This document shows, piece by piece, positions 11,327 to 21,498 of a stretch of 64,000 nt of DNA (its first letter is position 1; every line of letters starts with the position of its first letter). The notes below the pieces were generated by a model. That model was not told the origin of the DNA. It made no database searches and saw only the letters and a list, made by a program, of their open reading frames with translations. The stretch lies in NCBI GenBank assembly GCA_977017575.1, contig CDRNVI010000054.1:310001-374000 (forward strand), read 5' to 3'. Position numbers and translations under genes: made by a program. This stretch comes from Paramoeba atlantica. Taxonomy: Eukaryota > Protista > Discosea.

Positions 11327-12247
11327 TATATCGCCATATTCGTCGCAACGCGTCCTTAGGCGGCAAGTTGTACACCCATTTGCGGATCCAGCGAAAGAGG
11401 CCATACCGTCGTCGCACCAGACCTGATCGCAGCGCGATTCCCAACCGAACGCCACTTGAAAATCGACCAGAAATTGTTAATAAGCGTCGGCGCTACGGCG
11501 ATTGGGAAGCAGACTTGGTCGAGGGTCGAGGACATACCGGATATATTCTTACCCTGTGCGAGCGTAAGAGTCGCTTCCTTGTTCTTCGCAAGTTGGAATC
11601 TAAGCACGCGAAGGGGGTAAACAAACAAATTGAAGACGGGTTAAAGAATTACAAGGTTCAAACAATCACATACGACAACGGAGCAGACACGGAGGCACCA
11701 TGAAGAAGTAAACAAAAAATTGAAATGCAAGTCTTTCTTTTGCGCTCCGTATCATTCGTGGGAGAAAGGGTCTGTGGAACATGCAAACGGTTTGATCCGA
11801 CAATTCCATCAGAAAACCGAATCTTTTGAGAATTTGAACCAAAGTGAATTAAACAAAACAGCATTGGAATTGAACACTCGTCCTCGGAAATTATTAAATT
11901 ATCGTTCTCCAATGGATTTTGTGAATGAACTGCGTAAGTAAAAGAAGCTAAGTAAGCAAAGGTACGTGAGAAAGCTTGTAAAGTTAGCCTGCTAGTGTTG
12001 GAAATTTAATGACAATAAATTTAAGCATTTTGTAAAGGTGAAGAAATTCTTGTCTAATAAAGTTTCTTACTCAGATCTTACACTTGTATTACGCTTTCTT
12101 TAAATACTCTGGATAAGTTTTTATGTTGAAAGGAAAAAGGAACGATGTTCAACTATGGTGAGGCGCAGAAAAAGGGAATGACGGTCGACTATGGTGAAAA
12201 AAGTGGTGCGCTGGAGTTGACAATGGGGTGGTGCACTGGAGTTGAAC

Positions 12248-13498
12248 ATCCGGGGATGCGTAGTGGTTGTATAATTCCAGGCGGCTGTCGTGAAAAAGAG
12301 ATACCCAGTTCGCGTGGCGAGAAATGTGACTTGTTGAGTCTACTCTACTAACTTCTAAAAAGTCACACGCTCTCTTTTCCATAAGTTCGTCTACGGTACA
12401 CGTTTCTACGACGATGTCGTGTGCTGCACTTTTCCCATTGAGCGCTTTGGACAGGGCGGCTTCAGCCCCCTGGGGGGAAGGGATACGACTACGCACAAGT
12501 TGGCTTACGCAAGCTGCATGCACATCCGGGAAATATCTCCATGTGTTGTCGTTGACGAGGTGGAGTTTGACAGGTTTTGACCGGGACTGGATAAAGTGGA
12601 AACGTTGCTTGTGTCGGTTATGGGTTACGGGATGCGTGGGGTCCTGGGGCGGCGGGAGATACTGTGACGGGCTGTCGGGAGTTTGTGTGGGAATCTTGGT
12701 ACCCTCGGATTCATCCGAATGTAAATGGGTGTCCAGTTGTGATGGGGGTAAGAGGCTTCCTTGTTCAAGCGGCGGGCTTTGTATTCGCCCTACGCTGTGC
12801 GCTTGTTGGAAAACCCAGGATGGGACTTCGTCATCGCCATTCTCATTCCGCGGACTGTGTTGGTGTGCTGTGGAAGATGAGTCCAAGAGAATGATACTTT
12901 CCGGTGCCTTGTTTTTGGGAGTCGGGATGGCTGGTTCCCTGGCAACGGCACGGTCAGCTGTCGTAGTGGTTGTGTTTAGGGACGGTGTGACGAAATTCTT
13001 GGGAAGGGTACATGGGCCGGTGGGTAGAGTATTCTGCCCATCCAGTTTGCTTATCGGTGTGTCAAGCGAAGTCAACGGTGTGCCAGTGCGTTTGCAGCAA
13101 GGATGGCCGCACCCTGCTTTGTTCTTACATTTATGTTTACAGGGCTCGACACGGTCTGCTTGTTCGGAAGCGGGGCCTAGGCCTTGCTTGCAGCACACGT
13201 GCTTATATTGATCTTTACTCTTGCAGATATGCTTGCATACTCTAGTTAAGGCGTGGACCTGAAGTTGTGTTGGAGATTTAGGTTTGGGGAGGCTTTGGGA
13301 GTCCGGAGTTTTATTAATTTCCGGAGTTTGATATGGAACGCCGTTGAAAAGTAGGAATTTGGCAAGCGAGCAGGCAGTTGATGCGACGGCACCACCGACG
13401 GTAACAGTGGGTGATTTTTGATGGGGAGTAACCTCCTTGGGTGGGGGTACATGTAAATCGTGTTCGTCTTTTGGACAGGGTGCTATTGTGTACGACAA
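12248..13498 (-). CDS. LINE ORF, 5' part (continuous with 5929-9276 once IS30 is removed)
   Basis: The join reads HYASPD-PPSPSSMGKAVNK in frame. Contains CxHxCx5CxHxCCK motifs. Confidence 0.85.
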
Positions 13499-14163
13499 GC
13501 GTTCCTGTCCGGTGCTGCTGTGAGGTCGTACGGTTACCGCCGGGGTTGAGGGAGTGCCGTTAGATTACGTTTGCAACATGGGTGCCCGCAGGTCTGTTTG
13601 TTTTTACAGACATGCTTACAGGGTGTGCTACGTTGTACCGGCATTACACTCACAGCCGTGATCACCTTTACGTCTTCTCTTGCATCCACCGGTGCGTCAC
13701 ATCACTTATTGTTGTACGTATCCGGTTTTGCTACGCGTACCAGGTGTCGTTTGCAGCATGGGTGTTCACAGTGAGCTTTGTCCTTGCAGCGGTGTTTGCA
13801 TTCCGGAACCGTTTGTTGTGTGGTTGGGGGGACGGGGTGAGGGGGAAGTTCGTTTGTGTGAGGAGTGACCAGGATATGTGGCCGCGTTACACCCCGCTTG
13901 CAACAGGGGTGTCCGCAGGTGCTTTTGTCCTTACAAGGATGTTTGCATGGAGCTGGGGGTACTTCTCCTGTGTCGCTGGTAAGGGACTCATTGCTCTTTT
14001 GGGATATGAGAGCCTGGACGGTTCGGGTAGCAGATTTTGCAACCCTGTCTGTGAGAGTGCCTTTCAGGGACAGGTTTTTGTTTTGGTTAGACACGTCGCG
14101 TGGTCTCTTAGGAGAGTCCTGCGACGCCTGGTGTGTGCCCTTCCCTAGTAGTAAGCAAAACAT
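13499..14163 (-). pseudogene. LINE ORF extreme N-terminus with three Cys/His repeats; in-frame TGA (13702-13704) and a frameshift near 13550
   Basis: ATG 35 nt after the SL-like head; CKHPCKDKSTCGHPCCKR, CKHRCKDKAHCEHPCCKR, CKHVCKNKQTCGHPCCKR. Confidence 0.75.
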
Positions 14164-14608
14164 GTCGTTGTAAAGGGTAGGGAAAAGAAAAAAAAGTCAA
14201 CAAGGTACAGAAACGTTATCGCACCACTTTATCGTGCAAAATTTTGAGATCTGTACGTTCCCGTTGTCTTTAGGTCATTTCGAAAAATATAAAAAAGTTG
14301 AATGTATTTTTTAAAAAAAATCACTTTTCATGCCAACAAATACGTATCGACTCCCCAGGGGTGGTCTTACAGAAAGTGGAAAAGTGTTATGGCGCATGAG
14401 GCTTGGCCACGGGGTTGCGATAAGGTAACTAGCCCGCGGGTTTAATGTCAATGTGAAACATATTGGAAAATATTTGAAAAACAATTCGCCTGAAATTCTT
14501 TACACTCTGAGCCCTGAAGTAAAAAAAGAATCCAAAGACACTTTGTTATTCTTCCATCCAACTCAATTACATGTGTTTCGTACATTAAAACATTAAAAAA
14601 AGTACCAT

Positions 14609-14934
14609 TCACCCCAAATGGTATTTTTCAGAAAGATGGGGCAACACCTCACACTGCGAAGGAAACAAAAGCGTACCTTGATGACGGCAGCATGAAATTA
14701 TTGAAAAATTGGCCGCCCAACTCCCCCGATCTCTCACCAATAGAAAACGTGTGGAGCATGGTACAAAGTCTTGTAGATGAATACAATCCGGCAAATAAAG
14801 AAGATCTCATAAAAAGCGTACGTAAAGCTTGGCGTAAATTGTCTCAAGATTATATTGATGATTGGGTTTTGAGCTTAGATGCTCGCCTCAAAGTTTGTGT
14901 GGCGAGTAACGGAGAAAAGGTGACAAAATGGTAA
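14609..14934 (+). pseudogene. C-terminal fragment of another Tc1/IS630 transposase
   Basis: FQKDGATSHTA...WPPNSPDLSPIENVW. Confidence 0.8.
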
Positions 14935-15057
14935 TCTTTCTCTAAAATATACGTATTCGTTTCTTTTTGTTTCATTTCTTCACGCGCAAAGTCTTTATGT
15001 TGAGATCTGCAAAATGCAACAAAAATCAACCCAAACGGACATTTGGCTGAAAACTTA

Positions 15058-15401
15058 AGGGCGGGTGCCTTATTGGTGCGGAGGGTTTATTAACAATGGT
15101 ATTATTTCATCTAGTATTAACATTCATCTATTATTAACAAGAATTAATTTCCTTCATTTTTCGCAGCTTCCCTAAAGGAAAAATCGCCAAATTTAACTTT
15201 CAGCGGGCTTTTTGTTCGTAAACTTGGTGTATTCGTGGGGGTTAGGGTAGAAAACAGGCCTAAAACAAGCCCAAAAGGTTGATTGTTAATAATAGATGAA
15301 AAATTCATCCATTATTGAAAAAGTGGGTATTATTTCATCTATTAGTAACAAACCGTTTATTATTAACAAAAAAAATTGTTAATAATAGACGAACCCCCCC
15401 T
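15058..15401. mobile_element. MITE with TTA flanks (possibly PIF/Harbinger-like); internally deleted 67-bp relative at 5750-5817
   Basis: TTA on both sides; its ends match 5751-5816 in inverted orientation. Confidence 0.4.
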
Positions 15402-15845
15402 TTAACGAGTTTGGCTTGTGTCGCAATGGGCAACGGCGATATGTGAGGGGCTGCGGGTGTCGAGGTTTCACGAGGTTTCAACGAGACCTACAGCCCCCCT
15501 AGTATCCTTATCGCTCATACACACCATTTGCAAAACCAACCTTTTTCGAAAGCCTTGAAATGGTCATATTTCTCCCACTCGTCACTTCACCATAAAACCT
15601 TTCTTTCCTCTCTTTGCTACATTCCCTACGCTCTAACCCCTCCACCATGACCACCCTATCCACCCCTCCTCCCCTTCCCCCTTCCCCTTCCCCCTCCTCT
15701 CCCCCACCCCCCTTCCATTCACCTCATCTAAGATTACCCTCCTTAGAGAAAGCGTAATCGGATGACACAAGCCGATTTGGTTTAAATCCATCCATCCATC
15801 TAACCCCTACTCCCACTACCCCCCACCCCCCTCCCCCCTCCCCCC

Positions 15846-17546
15846 ATGCCCCCCACCCCCCTCCTCCTCAGCCGCATGGCCTCCGTCCTCCACACCGCCC
15901 TCACCTCCCCCCTCCCCCCCCGCACCTACACCCGCCACGCCCCCTTCGTCGACACCGTGAAGGCGCTGGTCACCAGCGGCCGCGGCGGGGACGGCCGCAG
16001 TGCCTTCCTCCACGCCTGCAACGACAACCTCGGGGGGCCGGGGGGCGGGGACGGGGGCGCCGGCGGGGACGTCTACCTCGCGGCCACCCCCCGCAGGCCG
16101 GATCTCGCGCACATCGACGGCATGGGGTACGCCCTGCACGCGAGCCCCGGCAACGCGGGGGCGGCGAAGACCCTGTGTGGGGGGAACGGGGCCGATCTCG
16201 TGTTGGAAGTCCCCCTGGGGACGACCGTGCGGGACCTCGACGGCAACCACACCCTGTTTGATCTCACCCAGGAGGGGGGGGTGCTGCTGCTGGAGGGGGG
16301 GCGAGGGGGGAAGGGGAACGTGCGGTTCGCCCACAGCCGGAACCAGGCCCCCCGGGAGTGTACCCAGGGACTCCCGGGGCAGAGTATGCTGGTGCAGCTG
16401 GAGCTGCGTACGGCGTGTGAGGTCGCGTTGGTGGGGCTGCCGAATGTGGGGAAGAGTGCGTTGCTGGGGGCGTTGACGACGGCGCGACCGAGGGTGGCGC
16501 CGTACCCCTATACGACCCGGGAAGTGTATGTGGGGTATCTGCATAAAGCCTATGGTGGGGCAAGTATCCGGGTGGCGGATTTACCCGCACTTACCGAGGG
16601 GGCATATGCGGGGAAAGGCCTCGGCTCGGGATTGCTGCGGCACGCGGAACGCGCAAACACGCTTGTTTACATAGTGGATCTCGCCAACGTCTACCACAGT
16701 GAGCTCCAGGGTCGATACTTGGAACCCTGGGAAGTAGTGGAGGTGCTGCGAAGGGAGATGGAGTACTACGACTCCGGATTGTCTACCCGAGCCGTGGCGA
16801 TTTGGGCCACCAAAGCGGATCTCGCCTATGATAACCACGGCAGAGACACGGCTGTGGTGTGTGAGGAACTCCGGAAACGATTTTCCGGGGAGCTGCCTGT
16901 TTTTCCGGTTACGACTATAGCCTCGGAGGAAAATCTCGTGGGACAAGATGCCTCCTTGACTTTCGCCCTACGTCACTTGGGTCCCATAGCGTTCAGTCGC
17001 GCGCAGGCCGCGGAGAGTTACCGCTCCGACTGTGAGGCCACGGCGTGTCAGGAGCGGACAGAGCGACAAGAACGGGACAAACTGTGGGTACAGGGTCAGC
17101 AAGGGGAGATAATAGAGAAGCTTCAAGAAGAGGATGCCAGCGATCGCGGCACAAAGATGCAGGGTCGGTGGTTAGAAACGGAAACGGGGAACCGCAATCC
17201 AAAACAACTTAGCAAAGAGCGGACTCTAGCAGGAGACTCGTCGGTGTCAGGTAGTCCAAACGAAGACACAAACAGAATTTCTGGGAATGCTGATACGGAA
17301 GCGGCCGAAGAAGAGATCGTCGTGGAGGAAGCTCCAAGTCTGGTGGATCAGCAGCTGGATAATCTCTACGGTGCCGTAAGCACATCTAACATGACTCCAC
17401 ATGAGGCGTATACCACGATGGAGAGCCAATTGCCGTTTCTCCGCGACAAATCCCATCAAGGGGCCTACTGGAAGCTGACCAGACGCCGAGGTGAGAGGCT
17501 TACAGATGAAATTCTCCGTACACCCAAACCGCGGGGGCCACGATAG
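15846..17546 (+). CDS. MTG2: Obg/CgtA family GTPase, probably mitochondrial
   Basis: FVD....V.SG.GGDG...F, GGDGGAGGDV, GGRGGKGN..F, G1 GLPNVGKS, YPYTT, G3 DLPA, G4 TKAD. Confidence 0.9.
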   Translation: MPPTPLLLSRMASVLHTALTSPLPPRTYTRHAPFVDTVKALVTSGRGGDGRSAFLHACNDNLGGPGGGDGGAGGDVYLAATPRRPDLAHIDGMGYALHASPGNAGAAKTLCGGNGADLVLEVPLGTTVRDLDGNHTLFDLTQEGGVLLLEGGRGGKGNVRFAHSRNQAPRECTQGLPGQSMLVQLELRTACEVALVGLPNVGKSALLGALTTARPRVAPYPYTTREVYVGYLHKAYGGASIRVADLPALTEGAYAGKGLGSGLLRHAERANTLVYIVDLANVYHSELQGRYLEPWEVVEVLRREMEYYDSGLSTRAVAIWATKADLAYDNHGRDTAVVCEELRKRFSGELPVFPVTTIASEENLVGQDASLTFALRHLGPIAFSRAQAAESYRSDCEATACQERTERQERDKLWVQGQQGEIIEKLQEEDASDRGTKMQGRWLETETGNRNPKQLSKERTLAGDSSVSGSPNEDTNRISGNADTEAAEEEIVVEEAPSLVDQQLDNLYGAVSTSNMTPHEAYTTMESQLPFLRDKSHQGAYWKLTRRRGERLTDEILRTPKPRGPR

Positions 17547-17688
17547 CACACAAAGAAGAACATAAGGTTTACAACCTGAAGGCACATTTCGGTACTGATT
17601 CTACCTTGTATTAGCCCTATTTTTGAACCGAATAAGACAAATGTACGATCTCTGTAAAGTATGATCTCTGTAAAGTATGATCTATGTA

Positions 17689-18756
17689 CAGGGGGTGGCA
17701 CGGAAATATGGGGGGGTCAAAATTTTTACAACTTGTCCAATTTTGGAAAGTAGCACCGCATTCGAGAGCTCTCGCAGAGATACGTTCACCTGCTATTGCG
17801 TTTCCCGTGTTTTTAATTTTTTTAATTTTGGACAAAAAAATACATTAAAATATACGTCAATATTTTATGTATTTTCCCTCTATTTTTTGACCTTTCCGCC
17901 GCGTTATGCCACATAAAAGGGCTTATTCCAATACAAGGGTGTACAGCACCGTGATCGTCATTGTTACAGTCCTCGTGTACAGCTTATAGTCACCCACCGC
18001 ATACTTTTAGTAAAGAAGTATGAAGAAACTGGGTCAAAAATAATTTATGCCCACAAAAGCTCATTATGCCCCACAAATCGGTCAGAATTGCGATCGACGA
18101 TCGCATCTGGGATTGAATTGTTGAAAGGAGAACAGAACAAAACATTTTTACACACTTCAAAAACTGTTCCACCTCATATTAAGATTACATTACAAAAAAA
18201 TGGAGATCATTGTGGATATTAAATGACATACTGTACCCCCCCCTGTTTATAATAGCCTCGACCCCTCCCCCCCTTTATAGGTTCTTTTTTTGGCAAACTG
18301 GGGAAGATTTTTTTTAATTTTCTTGCACTGTCTTAAATATTTTGATATTTATTTTCATATAGTTCTTCGAGGTATGGTGCGTGTTCGTGCTGGACATTTT
18401 ACTTTGGAAGAGCGCCGGGGCCCACTTAGCGATTGAATAGTTCCTGGTTCCTCGCTCCCAAATGTAGGGCGATTTCTGTGCCAACTCTTAATCTTCAATC
18501 GCCCTCCCCCCTTTATAGGTTCATTTGGGCAAAAGCGAGGCTATTATAAACCGGGGGGGTACAGTATTTTTCAAAATTCGAAACTTGCAATTCCTGTTTT
18601 CAGCCCCTTTGGCATAGGGACCTACCCCCCTGGATACGGGAAACGCAATATCAGGTGACACGTATCTCTGCGAGAGCTCTCGAATGCGGTGCTACTTTCC
18701 AAATTGGACAAGTTATAAAAATTTTGACCCCCCTCATATTTTCGTGTCACCCCCTG
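17689..18756. mobile_element. Non-autonomous Tc1-type element
   Basis: About 105-bp TIRs starting CAGGGGGTGGCACG with the inner CGAGAGCTCTCG palindrome; TA TSD. Confidence 0.85.
18231..18564. mobile_element. MITE (TIR CTGTACCCCCC, TA TSD) nested in 17689-18756; right half repeated at 28180-28316
   Basis: Inverted termini seen directly; near-identical sequence at 28180-28316. Confidence 0.75.
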
Positions 18757-18859
18757 TATGAGAAGAGTGGCGTATATAATACAACATATAGCATCGTGAT
18801 ATTTTACTTTTAAACCAGAATTAGGTTATTTACGAAAAGGTTGCTGCGCAACTTTGTTT

Positions 18860-20311
18860 ATGAAGTTTCATCGTTGCGTTGATAACGCGACGATCGCTGT
18901 TGTCAGTGTACTGAATGTCTCATCCGTACCACTCATGATTTTATCGCTCAACCGATGGCTGCGGGTACTGTACGACCATAACATGGGATCTCCTGAGTAC
19001 TCAACCGTTTTTATTCCAAGTTTAGTCAATGCTTTCCTTTTTTGGGTTATTTTCTTAGTGACCGCAGCGTGTGTCGGACGGCGAAATTTTCTCGCACCGT
19101 GCTTCTCAATATTTCTGCAAGACCCATACCATGGGTTGCGGCTCCTAGCCGTGGCAGCTATTGGTGCCTTCAACGGATTGGCCGGAATTTTTTATACCTA
19201 CCCTTTAGCACGGATACCTATTTCCGCTCAAAACGTTCTAGGATTTTCTTTGATGATTCCGTCATTTTTTATAGCACGGCGTATTGTAGCTCTGGCACAT
19301 CATAAACCAAAACTGACCGACGACAAACAAGAAAAAGAAACCAAGCCTCTATCCATTCAAGTATCTTCTCCATCAGAATCTTACGACCGGGAGCACAAAG
19401 TGGCGTGTCGTTCACGATGCCAGACTGTATGGTACTGGCTTTTGAGCCCAATAAATCTATACCCTCTTCTCGCGATTATTTTCGTAGCTGTGGGTGTGGT
19501 TCTTACGCTTGCCCCGCTTCATTTCGTCGTGATCATAGGACCCCGTGCCGTGCCTGTGTTCTGGTTTCTCCTCTCAAGTTGCTGCATGATTACCTACAAC
19601 CTACTCACGGGTTGGGTGCTACAATCTGTCCGAGCCTATCCCCCCGTTGTCTCCGTAAAACCCGTCCAAGGGGAGCGTTTCTTTGACCGCGTCGCGCGCG
19701 AGGAGCAGCACCAGGCCACCCACGCGACCTCCTCGCTACACCCTCTGCAAGCCCGACTCACGGTACTCGTCGGCAACACCACCTTCCAGCTCGCCTTCAT
19801 GGTGCTCTACGCCCTGCTGGATCGGGAACACGTCCTGGGTCACAGCCCCTCGTTCAGCGCCACCTTTCACGGTGTCGCGGACAACCTCCGTCGGCTGTGC
19901 TACTCGTCCCCTGTGGAGCTCAGCACCGAGAGTGCATTCCAGGGCTCCGGCCTGCTCCCCTGTGTGCTTTACATTTTCGGTCTCTGGCTAAATTTAGTCA
20001 CCATTGCGTATTTAAGCTACCGCTCCGTCCCGTTCATTACGCTGCTCGGGCTGGTGTGTGGGCCGCTGACGAATTTGGTGCACTCCGTTGCCCGGGCCTG
20101 GTTTGGGTTTTCCAGTGCAAAAGGTCACGCCGCGGTGGAGGGCCGCGACTACGGGCTGCATTTAGGCTGCATGGTGGGCGCCCTGGTGTGTTTCTCCATG
20201 TGCGCGCTGCTGTATTTTCTATGGGAGCGCACCGTGGAAAACAAAAATAAAGAAAAACAGGAGAAACGAACAGAAAGCCCGTCGAAGGAGGTCCGTGAGA
20301 GTGCGGTGTGA
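18860..20311 (+). CDS. Multi-pass membrane protein, possibly CRT-like (DMT superfamily)
   Basis: About 10 hydrophobic segments; IGAFNGLAGIFYTYPLARIPISAQNVL resembles a CRT-like region. Confidence 0.55.
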   Translation: MKFHRCVDNATIAVVSVLNVSSVPLMILSLNRWLRVLYDHNMGSPEYSTVFIPSLVNAFLFWVIFLVTAACVGRRNFLAPCFSIFLQDPYHGLRLLAVAAIGAFNGLAGIFYTYPLARIPISAQNVLGFSLMIPSFFIARRIVALAHHKPKLTDDKQEKETKPLSIQVSSPSESYDREHKVACRSRCQTVWYWLLSPINLYPLLAIIFVAVGVVLTLAPLHFVVIIGPRAVPVFWFLLSSCCMITYNLLTGWVLQSVRAYPPVVSVKPVQGERFFDRVAREEQHQATHATSSLHPLQARLTVLVGNTTFQLAFMVLYALLDREHVLGHSPSFSATFHGVADNLRRLCYSSPVELSTESAFQGSGLLPCVLYIFGLWLNLVTIAYLSYRSVPFITLLGLVCGPLTNLVHSVARAWFGFSSAKGHAAVEGRDYGLHLGCMVGALVCFSMCALLYFLWERTVENKNKEKQEKRTESPSKEVRESAV

Positions 20312-21290
20312 GAGAGAGGGACCAGTGTAGACGGTTCCGTTGAGGTCGATGTTTCGCGATTCAAGATGGCACGGTTTAATCGTGTATTGACTTTCAGAAA
20401 TAGATTGTGTTGTTCTTTGTTCTTAGAAGAAAGATAAAGGGCTTACATGAAAAGTTATTATAATTATGAACAGCATTTTTTTGTCATTTTTTTACATTTT
20501 CAGGAAATCTATAATCGAAAACAATTTATACTATAGTAAACGTGTACAATGTACATAATTTGCAGATAGTATTTCAAATGCAGAAACGCCTCGAATGTTG
20601 GATTACTAAATAGATCCTCCTGCTACGGTAAGGTTCTACCGTAGACCCCCCCAGTACAATAATGTAATAGACCCCCAGCGATAGAGGTTAGACCCTATTT
20701 GGTCTGGCCCCTAGTGAAACAGGTTTGGCTCGGGAGACCTACAGGAGCCGCATAGGGATTACTACCCACCTACTCAGTAGGGGGTATCCACATGTCGGGG
20801 CCGCGGGAAGCAACCCTAATAAGCGTTTTAAAACGCTTTCCGAGGAGCTTTCCCCCTAGTTATCTGTCACACGTCATCCTCCCGCTAGTTAACTGTCACT
20901 TTTTTCATCACTTTCAGAAAAGCGAAACTTTTACTTCCCTTCTTTTCAGTTTGAAAGTTAATAGTTTGAAAAGTGCATAGGAAGAAAAGAAAGAAATACT
21001 GGGTAGATAGGAATCTTCTGTGGGCTGGACAAACCTTTTTGGGAGTAATTCTTTTTGTAGCTCTTTGTTCTTTATATTTTTTGGTGACAGACCCCCCTAG
21101 CTATCTGTCGCACACTGACCCCCCTAGTTATCTGTCTCACCATTATCCCCCCTACTTATTGTTCATCTTTTCCCGAAAAGTAGTGACAGATAACTAGGGG
21201 GGTACAGTACTTCCAAAAGTCAGTTCCAAAAGTTCTCCGCTACCCAAACCCGGATCAAGTGTAAAGGAGGGGTGATACTATTGATTCTTA

Positions 21291-21361
21291 ATGATGATTC
21301 TATGTGTACGACGGTCTTCTGACGCGAACATGACTTCATAAACACTACAAAAGTGAACTGA
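21291..21361 (+). ncRNA. Probable box C/D snoRNA (copy 1)
   Basis: C box ATGATGA at 21291, D' CTGA at 21319, C'-like ATGAC, D CTGA at 21358. The guide ACGACGGTCT is complementary to the conserved LSU rRNA sequence AGACCGTCGT. Confidence 0.6.
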
Positions 21362-21498
21362 AGTTAATTTTGATAATAAGGCTTGATGATAAGGCTTTTG
21401 ATGACAAGGCAATCAAAAAGAAATAAAGGAAGACCACAACTTGAGGTGCAGACCTTAAGGTTTAGAAACCCTCAACTTTTATATCTCTAGTTTGATAG

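Larger units (their letters stand above)
9435..11941 (+). pseudogene. IS30-type transposase (9435-9770 + 11329-11941), one 1-bp frameshift near 11690
   Basis: HTH SRRSIARIIGKSHSTVCRELARN, SPEQIA, STIYR restored on Tc1 removal, GDWEADLV, LCERKSR, TYDNG, PYHSWEKGSVEHANGLIRQF, LNTRPRKLL. D-to-E distance is 103 nt, i.e. DD33E plus 1 base. Confidence 0.9.
9279..12247 (+). mobile_element. IS30-family transposon (about 1.41 kb without the nested Tc1)
   Basis: IR TGTCAACACCAACGCACCACTTTTTT versus the reverse complement of 12197-12222 (2 mismatches); extra IR-like copy at 12225-12247; 2-bp TSD AT (9277-9278, 12248-12249). Confidence 0.9.
5847..14220 (-). mobile_element. HERO/NeSL-like (R2-group) non-LTR retrotransposon, full length, interrupted by IS30
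   Basis: SL-like head at 14198-14220, single RT-CCHC-RLE ORF, 3' terminus ctctacaggtaatgccctgtatagatataa; no TSD found. Confidence 0.88.

Noticed and set aside
9279-12247. IS30 as bacterial contamination or misassembly
   Set aside because: It has a TSD, splits a LINE codon-exactly and contains a nested Tc1 with its own TA TSD.
13540-13704. Programmed readthrough or recoding in the LINE 5' region
   Set aside because: One TGA plus one frameshift in a copy already inactivated by IS30; cannot be distinguished from decay without other copies.
15816-16590. Long antisense or alternative-frame ORFs over GC-rich genes (also 12414-13211 and 58215-59045)
   Set aside because: Shadow ORFs of real CDSs caused by high GC and codon bias; no motifs.
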